Of a DNA stretch of 64,000 bases, positions 34,927 through 45,400 are shown in pieces. Source of the stretch: Pseudogymnoascus verrucosus (taxonomy: Eukaryota); NCBI GenBank assembly GCA_001662655.1, contig KV460206.1. One strand, given 5' to 3'. A program made the translations under genes and the position numbers. Every line of letters begins with the position of its first letter. The first letter of the stretch is position 1. Below the pieces are notes generated by a model. That model searched no databases, was not told the DNA's origin, and worked only from the letters and a program-made list of their open reading frames with translations.

Positions 34927-37893
34927 ACTATTAACTACTACTACTACGCCTCGTCATTCTCGGCCTGGACGAAGGGGGGGAGGAGATGGGAGGGGAGTTA
35001 GAGGATAAATGGAGAGGGGATGGGCTATGGCAGGGCGGGGAAAGGGTTTTTTTCTCTTCTCTTACTCGTTTCAGCCCTGCTCCATTTGATCTCCATTCTC
35101 CAGTCTCCAGTCTCGTCTCGTCAGCTAATAACAAGTGAGCTGATTGTAATAAGCCGCTGCCTCCGTGGGGTATATGGTACCGTATAGGAGGATCTCGGTC
35201 TCGGTGCTGTTTCTGACTGTCTGGGTGTGCGTGTTTGTTTGTTACCATGCTGAGGAGATATTGGTTGTGGTGTACTCCGTGTATACTGTACTGATACATA
35301 AACCAAAAATACTCTCTCTCACTGTGGCTGGCATGGCATGGCATATGCACCTCGGACATATGCGCGCGCTGAGCCGGGAGACAAAGCAAGCAAAAAAAAA
35401 AGAGAAACAATAAAAGAATGCATTTCTTTTTCTTGTCTACCGCCATTCCCCCCATTAATACCGTTTGAAATACTATCATAATTGTTGTTATATTGCTATC
35501 ACTGCTATTACAACACTGCACTGACTACACTGTGCCGTAAACCCTGTGCCAGAGCAAACACCCGCTATTGCCCGCCCGCCATGCTACACAAAACACTCGG
35601 ACCTTTGTTTTCCTACATGTTTTCCTTCTGGAAGCTCTCCTTTCCTTCTCCCGGCTATCCCAAACATTTTGCCATCCGGGGCTACGTCATATGTGGGCGG
35701 GATTGCCGATACGCCAGACAACAGGCCCAACAAAAGTCCATGGACACAGCAGATTCGTCCAGGCGGCCCCTTTTACTTACTCATGGTCCCTCTACTCACC
35801 CTCACTAACTATCTCATCAACTGTGTACTCACTACTTACTGTACTAACTATTGAGTCCCATAGTGGTTACTGCGCTGTTGTGTACTGTACTCGAGATAGC
35901 TGAGGTCGATGCAAGTAATCCAAGCACAGCTGTATCCTGGCCGTGTTACCCCCATGCCGTGGCCCAGTAAGCAGGCAGAGAAGGATCTAGAGACACGCAG
36001 GCGGCAAAGAGGCAAAGACAAGACAGCCAGGAAGGACTCGAGCATTCTCCCATGCGCCTCCTTTTTCTTACAAACACCCCATTCACTCATGCCAAAAGTA
36101 GTCCCTCATACTGTGCATTTTCCATTACTCTAGCCAAGGGGGTACCCAGCAATCTACATCTCACCGTCGGACCGGATAGGGTGCTCTGTGCTGTCTATCC
36201 TGTGCTTCGCCGCGGATCGATGTCCCTAACAGTTATTTTAAGCGGAGTATCTCATCTCTGATCATCCCAAGGAATCCCAAGGGACCCCCAAGCCTCAGCA
36301 CGCCAGCTGGAAGATATCGGAAGCTGGGGTTATCAGCTAATATCTACCGTATCGGGCATCACACAATCGGGCAGCGACCATCCCTTCCAAGCCCGCCATT
36401 TTTTCCTATTCCCCTCACTTCAACTTCCCCATCCCTTCCGCTCTTCCCTTCGTCCCTCCATCCGCTTTCGGATTCCTGTCAAAAAAGCAAGATCTCTGAC
36501 ATTCCGTCCGTCAGTACGTACCCGTACTACCAGCCAAGAGGCGCAGAGGCGTAGACGGGCTGGGAGGATTACCACACTTCCATACACCCATACATGCTGA
36601 CTCAGGCCATCCTCTCAGCCCCCTCGCGTGGATGCTTGGCATAGTGCTGGAAATTTCAATAATGCCATTCTTATGGGAGCACAGATCTGACCGTCTCGCC
36701 TCGGACCTACTGCGGTATCATTTCCCTTCGTATCTGGCACAGATGCGAAACAAAAATTTCCCTTGAACGAGCTGATATATTTGATATTGCCCGTCTCCAA
36801 GACATTGTATTTGGGCCCCGGTCCTCAATTCCCGGCTCAGCGCGTGCAAAGCAAGCACTGCGCCTTGCACAGACACACACACGCACACACACCACACCGT
36901 CTCTTTTTCCCATCCCTCCGAACTGAGGTGAGCAGGGCTGGCTTCTGACGGCACGGCGGAGGACGTCTAGGGCACTGCCGGTCCATGTGGTGTAGTTTAG
37001 AGTAATTTTTCATATCACGATTCACATGCAAATTTTGCGCGATTCATGTTGCCTGCCGGAGGATCCAGGGTCCGGAATTAGCCCAGCGGCGGGAAGTAAG
37101 TGAATAATGTACTCGAGTATACCATACATGGTATTGTACTCTATACTGTATATCGAAAAAGCCGCCCTCTCTCGATAAACCCCAGCAAGCAAAAAGGAAA
37201 ATACTTTGGGTGTGCAAGCAACCACTTGCATCTTCGCATGGGACAATCCGTTCTCTTCTTACCAGAATTAATGCCTGCCACCACACGCCCTTTTTCTCCA
37301 CGGTACCCATGGAAAAATGAGGCGGAAAGGCTCCTCATTTGATATTACCGTGAGATCTCGGAATGGTGCCGAAATCGTCGCCGCCGGTTCCGTTTCAGAA
37401 TTGCCCCACATAAAATAGTATGTGAATCCAGAAAGGTACTAGTGTTTTTAGGGTTCAGCACGTGATCGGCAAATCATATGATTTGCCGCTCACGTGTATA
37501 TGAGCCTGAGGTATCAAAATATTTCGACACCTGAGGCTACAAGGCTGCCATTGCAAGGCTTAGTTGGCGACACGCCAGAAAACGTGACCTTGAACGTCAA
37601 AGCCAAGCTTCGCGACCGTGACACGCCAAATATTCCAAGTATAGCACCGGAAGCTACTCGTTCCAATCCCAAGCTACCAGCAATTGTCCCTCGCGTTTGC
37701 GCCGTCCGCAAATATGGGTAGACGACCAGGCAGAGCGGCAGCTAAGCAAGCTGCCGTCGCCCTCAGTACGTTTGCAATCCCCCCCGAATTCAAAGCTCAT
37801 ATTTTATATCACCCCGTCTCGCGCGACCAGCTATACTAACCTCAACCCCCAGAGAACACACCCCAGACCATTGAAGACCCGGAAGACGAGACC

Positions 37894-39437
37894 ATGGCGG
37901 ACGTCCCTACCTCCGACCCCGTATCCCCCCGCGACAACGACGACGACGACGACCCCGACGCAGAGGACGACGGCACCCCAGCGCCCCAGGACTCAGAACC
38001 CCCCTCCGAAGCAGCCACGCCGCAACCCGAGCCCGAACCCGTGCCGCGCAAGCGCCGCCTCGGGCGCCCTCCCAAGATAAAGCCGCCGGGATGGGACACC
38101 CCCGACGATGACGGCGCACCTGCCAGTACCCCCGCCAAGCGCGGGCGCGGACGCGGTGGATTCGGTCGTGGAGGTGGACGCTGGGCGAGGAGGGGAGGGC
38201 CGTCGCATGTCACGCAGCAGCCGATTGATAAGGAGGGGAACATGATGAATGTCGAGAATGACGAGGTGTCGCTCCCAGAGGACGCAGAGGGTGAGACGAA
38301 GGTGGATAAGATGGGTCATCTACAGGGCGATCGCGAGTACAGGTGCCGCACATTCACGGTGTTAGGGCGCGGACAGCGCTTATACATGTTATCGACCGAA
38401 CCCGCGCGCTGCGTGGGTTTCCGCGACAGTTACCTCTTCTTCACGAAGCATAAGCGGTTGTATAAGATTATCATCGACGACGACGAGAAGCGCGACCTGA
38501 TTGACCGCGAACTGATCCCGCATTCGTATAAAGGCCGCGCTATCGGTATCGTCACCGCGCGCTCTGTGTTCCGCGAGTTCGGCGCCCAGATCATCGTTGG
38601 TGGAAAGCGCGTTTATGATGACTATGAGGTCACTAAGGCGAGGGCTGAGAACGTTGTGGCGGGCGAACTCGCGGACCCGAATGATGTCTTCAAAATCGGC
38701 GAGCCGTACAATAAGAACCAGTACGTCGCCTGGCACGGCGCAAGCTCCGTGTACCACTCCGGCGCCCCGACGGTGCCTCTTCAGGCTGGAAAGGCTGCAG
38801 AGTCCAAGAAGCGCCGCGTCATGGTTAACGACACGAATTGGATGCTCGAGCACGCGCTTGAGGCTAGGTAAGCCCCCTATCTCCCCCCTCCCCCGAAAAA
38901 AATAGTATAGTCAGAAACTAACCAACCCCTAGCCGCTTCAACTCCGCCCTCGCCGCCACCCGCCGCCGCAACCTATCGGGCGTCTACGACCCACACACAA
39001 ACACCATGCAATACCCGCAAATCATGCAACCCACCCACGCGCGCTGGGAGCCCGTCGGCCCTCTTGACGCCGCAACAGCAGGCATGCAAGCCATCACTGT
39101 CTCCACTTCCACCCCACCCTCTCCCTCTGCCGCCGACACCATCTTCCCTCCTGTCCCCCCACAACTATCGCGGAACTTCCTAATCGTCGACACCGTCTAC
39201 GAGAACGCGTCGCACTCGCACCTTGGTATACCCGGACCGGATGGAGGGGATATGGATCTTGGGTTTAAGGGGCTGGAGGGTGTGGGAGAGGATGTCAAGG
39301 AGTTGCTCCCCGCGGAGTGTAGGGAGGCGTTTGAGAGGGCGTTGGGGAGGGAGAGGGTGTGGAAGGGGGGGTGGGGGACGGAGGTGGAGGATGGGAGGAG
39401 GGGGAGGTTGGTTATTGATAAGGGTGTTATTTTGTGA
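37894..39437 (+). CDS. NPL6: Chromatin-remodelling complex subunit Rsc7/Swp82 (Npl6-like); exons 37894..38867, 38933..39437
   Basis: CRC-subunit domain GETKVDKMGHLQGDREYRCRTF...YMLSTEPARCVGFRDSYLFF...VTARSVFREFGAQIIVGGKRV; AT-hook-like RLGRPPK; GVYDPHTNTMQYPQIMQPTHARWE after the intron. Confidence 0.9.
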
Positions 39438-39747
39438 GGGGGTGCGGGGGGTTCCTGTGTTGGTGCGGGCGCATGGGCGGTGATGGGATGGGGTGTTTTT
39501 GGCGTTTGATTGTGGGTGTGGTGTGGTGGCCTGCTGGTGGGTTTTTTGGGCTGAGAGGGGATATTGAACTCAGCTTTACTGCACCTTTTGGGGGGTGGAG
39601 ATGGGGTTATAATGTAGGAATATATATTACGTCGTCTGCTCTACTCCTCTTGTCAAGCCTACGGGCCCGCCCTTGCTTACCCGCACAGTATTGAAGGCCG
39701 GATATAGATAACCAATCCCCTTCTCCATAACCCCTTTCCTTTGCTTC

Positions 39748-39946
39748 TTACACGGTCGTCACTTCCGTCAGTCGTTCCTTCTCCTATTGCGATATTTCAA
39801 GGGTCATTCCTTCCCTTAATAGTTGGCCGATCCTTTCATTATGAAGGAAGGAACGACCCTTGAGATATATTTAATAGAGGAAGGAACGACCCTGTCAAAA
39901 AGGGAAGGACGAACAACCAAGGAGGGAAAGAACGACCCGTGTGTAG
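39748..39946. mobile_element. Foldback / MITE-like imperfect palindrome
   Basis: Arm 39771..39820 is the near reverse complement of 39838..39890. Three GGAAGGAACGACCC-like units lie on each strand; ends are CACGG...CCGTG. A target-site duplication is not clear. Confidence 0.5.
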
Positions 39947-40107
39947 CTGTATTTTATATTTTTTCGTTCTTTCCTTATGTGGATGAGAAGGGTGGGTTTT
40001 ATATTAGATGTCTCTCCAACCTCTAGGGGATGATGGGCTTGGTACGGATGACATTGGGTATGTGCGTAGGTCAGGTTATGGGACTTGAAGCTTGCGCTGG
40101 AACTTAA

Positions 40108-42450
40108 GATGGATGCGAGGCGGGGGTAATGCGGGGGGGATACGGATCTAAGAGGAGGGCAATACGGATGCAAGTTGGAGGAAAGACGGATGCGAGTTGG
40201 AGGCAAGACGGGGATGCAAGATGGAGGCAAGGCGGATCCAAGACGGATCTAAAGCGAGGGCAATACGGATCCAAGACGGAGGCAATACGGATCCAAGACA
40301 GATGCAAATACGGAGGGAGGCAAGACGGAGGTAATACGGATGGCATCGTGAATTTGCGCATAATGGGCTATTAAAACAGGAATCTGCGCAAAACCGAATG
40401 CATGTCGAATTCATTCCGAATGTATTAGCTAACGCAGGCCTAATATGCGTAGAACAGGCTGTGAAAATGGGAATCTTGCATCAACACGGATCCGACACAG
40501 GTCCGACACAGATAGCATCGTGGATTTGCGCAAAAGGAGTTATAGAATCTAGAATCTGCGCTAAAGCTATTGTATGCTTAATGTATTAGGAATGCATTCG
40601 TTAATATAGATAGACCTAACGTGCGTCGAGCAGGCTATAGAAATAGGAATCTTATACCAACACAGATCGGATATACATCCGACACGGGTCCGACACAGAT
40701 GCCATCGTAGACCTACGCAAAATGGATCATAGAATCTGGAATCTGCGCTAAAGCTATTGTATGCTTAATGCATTAGGAATGCATTCGTCAACACAAGCTT
40801 AATACGGACACGTCTAGCACTAGAACAGATCGAAGATGGATGGGATACGGACAACATCCTGGATTCAGGTTAAGGGGGCTGTAGAACGGGATTCTTGCTT
40901 TGGAACTAGATACGGAAGGCATATTGGGGTTGGATTTACGCAAAGGGGGTTATAAAATAGAAAAGTTGCGCAAAACGGAATGCATTTGTCAACGTAGGTT
41001 CGTTTAAAGGGGTGCCAACGCGTGTTCGACGTATAAATGACTATAGGAACAGCTATACTAGAACTCAATATGGATCGGATGGATGATGGAACACTGTCCA
41101 TAGCGTATGATTGCTCAAAATGGGCTACAGAACCTGGAATCTGCGCCAAAGCAGTTCAGACAGGGTTCGAACAACCTGCGCAGAAGAGGCTATACAGTCT
41201 AGGATCTGCGCCAAAACAGTTTAGACAGGGTTCGGACTCCGTGCGCAAAAGTGGCTATGAAATCTAGAATCTGCACCAAATCTAATGTATGCAGAATGCA
41301 TTAAGAATGCATTCATCGATACAGGCTTAATGTAAGGCTATGAAGTAAACATTTATGAAAATCAGGAGGCTCTTACTATAGAATCAAAAACCAGCGCTAA
41401 ATAGTCTGTGTAGGAGTTTAGGCATCATATTGAATATAAATTCAAAATGGGAGTTAGCCATCAGAATAAATGTGCGCGTAGAAACTAGAATTTGCGCCGA
41501 AACTGATGGATGCGGAATATATTCGGAATGCATTCGGATTATATGTGGAATCTATACGGAAATCATATACAAATTATTCGAAAACAATACGGAATCTATA
41601 CGGAATCTATACGGAATCTATACGGAACCTATACAATTCATATTTGAATAATATTCAATTTATATCCATAATGCATTCACCATACAATCTCATTATGCGC
41701 AAAATAACCTATAAAATCCTAAATCTGCGCTAAAGCATAATTTATATAACTTTTTAGATCTACGCAAAATCAACTAGAAAACATGAAATCTGCGCAAAAG
41801 CGGAGGAATAGTTCGACCGGCCGGTCGAACTACGCGATTCTATCCCTCTGCTTGCAAAAGGGGAGTTTGGAGTGCCTTTGTCTATGAGAGGATCAGTAGT
41901 CATAGAAGGCCACAGAGAGGGGAACAACTAACCCCTTTATATCACGTGTTATAGAGTGGGAGTTATATAGCATTGCTTCAAAATTGCGCAAAATGCACAC
42001 TAGAAATGGGAAAATGCGCAAAGCCGGAACAAGGCTTGACCGAACAGTCCGGCCTAGCAGTTGTTTGCTAAATGCCTTTGTTTATACATAGTTTAGTGTA
42101 CATAGAAGTTGACAGAGGTGGGCATATCCATCCCCTTAATATCACGTGATGGAAGGGGAAGTTAGACAAAACCCCCTGTAATTTTGCGCAAATGTAGCTG
42201 TTCAAACAGACACTTGCGCAAAATCGGGTTAATGTTAGACCAGCTAATTTAGTGCAGATCCAATATTTACAGAGCTATGTTTATGCTGTTGGGATTTAAG
42301 GGACGGCAGTCGACAGGTTTTAACGCATAACCCCTTTCCCATCACGTGATGGGAAGAGGTTGAACGCTCCCTACATATTTAGCGCAAATCCTACTACGAG
42401 AGCGCGGATTTGCGCAAAACCGCATGAAGGTTTGTCCGACCGACTAGCCA
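40108..42450. repeat. Complex non-coding repeat array: ~40-bp paired-TGCGCA element with variable spacers, 11-mer subrepeats and 200-bp hairpin units
   Basis: At least 12 copies of T(G/A)CGCA-N24-TGCGC(A/T/C)-like box pairs. A well-conserved duplication runs ~40491..40613 vs ~40678..40800 (offset 187). No sustained ORF. Confidence 0.9.
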
Positions 42451-45400
42451 GCCAAACCTCATGCTTGCACGTGCACGCGTCGTGTGAATATTCACAGACT
42501 CAACACACACAGTCGTCGACAAACACACGAAGCCCAACAACAATCACGTGACAACAACCTCCCCGCCCAAGAAATCAGGGCATCAACCATGCACCACCAA
42601 CGTGCATCAACCACCGCCACCACACCCACCACCACACCGCCACTGACGACGATGACACACTCCTCACCAGGCTATGGTGTGGCGCACCCCCCCCGGTACC
42701 CCCGCCTCTCGATCGATAAGATGAGGGATGGGCGGGTTATTACATATTGAAGTTGCGTTGGGTGACTAAGTTGTCTTTGTGGCCGATGGTGGTCGATGGT
42801 GATGGGGGGGGGTTGGTGGGGTGGAGGGGTTGGGCGCAGGTAGGCGGTTAGGTGAGGGGAGGTGCATATGCCTGTTTGAACCACGAGCATGGAAAGGCGT
42901 TGATACCCGTGGTTCCTGAGTCGTATGAGATGGGATGGGAAGGGATGGAGAGGAGGTTGGCGCGGGGGGTGTAGGGCACACACTCACATCACCTCCCGTT
43001 TATCTCCATCCCAACCAGACCAAGCGATCACGGAGTCCGCGGAACGAAACTCTCCAACGGTACCGTACTTTCTGCAGACTTTAATATCGGGAAGAACGGA
43101 GATGGAAGGGGGGGGGGGGTAAAACGGCGATATTACGATCCACACATGCACGGCATACTCTAGTTTCTGTATATCGACCCTGTAGAGTAAGTTTGGTAGA
43201 GTAAGTGGTTTAGAGTCAGGGTAGAGAGTAGGGGGCAGGCAGGGTTGGAGAGAAGTGTGCGTATCAGGTGTCAGGTACGCCGTTTTTTACCATATAGCTT
43301 CGGCGGTAGTCTGCAGCAGCGCCGCTGCGAAGTAAAGGAAAAAAAAAAACCCTCACTATCACCCAGTCCTACCCGCCGCGCCGAGCAATGCCATGTCCAA
43401 TGGTCCAGCGGTTATCAAGGGCCCATCACCACCGCTGCTTTGCCGTCACCTGCCGCAACGGTGGGGGTCGCGTGTGTCCCCGCTGCAAACCCTACTGTTA
43501 CTGTACTCTCCACCTCAAGATCGAGAGGTTGGTCTGGAGCGGAATCCCCCTTACTAATCCCACCCAGCGGTGAGCCCTCGCTCCCGTGGAGAGCCCGATG
43601 GGATGCTGGGTCTGGGTATGCTGATCCCCTGGGCGGGCGGGAGGGTCTGGATGGGATGGGCGGGTAGAAGGCTAGAAGGGGTGTGCGGCATCTCACTCAT
43701 CTCTGGACGACGGCGGATGGTTTTCTAGCGTAGCGGACGGGTGAGGGTTTGGGCGGCGGCACTTGGTGGCGCCCGGAGAGGGGTTGGTGGTATTGCTTAC
43801 TGTATGGGAAAGGGAATGGGAAGTTTGATGCGGGAGGGAGGTGTGAGAGGAGGAGAACGAGAGGGAGGAGGTGGGATGAGAGGGAGGGACACGGGATTTA
43901 GAGTTGGGGGTGAGTACACCTGTAAGTTACAACACCACAGTCAGTTTGAGAGCATATCCCATCCCATCCATCCTCGACGCGGGACTTCACAAGACCCCTC
44001 CCTCTCCATCCATTCACCCGCCCTCGCCCTGCCTTCAGGAAGAAGTAAGTAAGTAACGTGCATCACCTCCCCAACGCACTTCCTCGCTGTCCCCGCCTCG
44101 CCTCTGCACCTCCATCAACAACGAGTGTAAACGTGCCTGGTATACCATACAGCTCCAAACCGTAAGAAGATGTGCCACATGGATCCCCTCTCCTCTCCTC
44201 ACCCAGCCAACCCATCGATCGTCCACATCAGCGTCGATGCGTGCTTGGCACGGGGGGTATCGGGGAGTTTTTTCCTGCTTTCTTGCCTTTTTGGGGTGGT
44301 CTCGCACTACTGTACTGTACTACTACTCTGCGTATGTACGTACGAATGGTATCACTCCAGTCAATGCTCATACGTAGAGGCGGGAGAGGTGGGAGCTTGG
44401 ATGGTGGTGATACACACACCGTTACGACTAACCTCGCTGCTGGCCGCTGGCTGAGCGGAGAGGGGGATGCGTATGGGGTGGGGGCGTGCATACCGCATAC
44501 CTTACCGCACCAGAGCAGCAGCACTGTACGTACGGACGTGCATCTGCCATGTTCAAGGATAGAGAAACGGTAAACTCGGCGAGGAAACCCAAAGCTGGTA
44601 TATGCACACGCACAGAGGCGGAGCTTGCATATACTGTTGTAGCCGTACGTGACCGACCGACCGACCGACTAACCCCCACCCCGTGCTGGCGCGGAGATTC
44701 ATAGCCGCTACTACTACTACACTACTGTAGTGTAACTTGCTGGTGGTGCCAGAGGAGGACTGTACCTGTGCAGGAAGAAGTAAGTGCAGTGCAGGATGCA
44801 CGACCTCGTCATGAGTTGAGTTGAGTTGAGTCGGTGCGAGACAGCCCGCGAGGTGGTGTACCGGATACAGAGCCAGGACAGGAGAGGAAGGGGGGGGGGA
44901 GAGTCATACAGGCTACATGCACGTACATGGTATGGGATGATAGAGGGGGGATGGCTTACCCGGAACGAACGATCAACGTGCGCTGATTGATGATGGTTCG
45001 TGGACTCGGGTCGGGTCATGTCATGTCCATGTCGCACTGTGTGTGTTTTGGGTGTGTTCCGTCGTCCGTCATCAGATGGGATGGGATGAGATGGGATGCA
45101 CGAAGTGAGGGAGGTTGGTTCATTGCTTGCTGCAGTGGTGGTGCACGTTACTTACAGCACGATCATCCTCCCACTGTGCTGCTGTTCTCACCAAGCGTGA
45201 CGAGATGTCTAAGACGCGGTCCCCCCCCTTCCCAAACAAACGCGGGATTGGGCATTACACGTGTGTGTGGTGGCGTGAGAATTCCTAGCTGACGGTGGAG
45301 AGACATATGGACTCACCTTACTCACCTCGCTCGCTCCTTCGCTCTCGTCATACGGAGGGAGTGGGAGTTGGGATAGGATACGAGATTGTAAGACCCTCGG

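Noticed and set aside
41161..41240. tRNA or Pol III B-box-like GGTTCGA motifs
   Set aside because: No cloverleaf, no A-box at a suitable distance, and an imperfect B-box; they are spacer parts of the 65-bp duplication.
40398..41267. Repeat-protein gene (recurring ICAK peptides, 30 bp = 10 codons)
   Set aside because: Frequent stops, periods such as 65 bp are not multiples of three, and no splice signals rescue a frame.
41930..42361. Point centromere (CDEI-like RTCACGTG)
   Set aside because: No very AT-rich CDEII or CDEIII follows. Filamentous ascomycetes have regional centromeres and the flanks are gene-rich.
40350..42422. CRISPR array interpretation of the repeat-spacer architecture
   Set aside because: Eukaryotic context, no cas genes, degenerate repeats, and spacers that vary widely in length and are partly homologous to each other.
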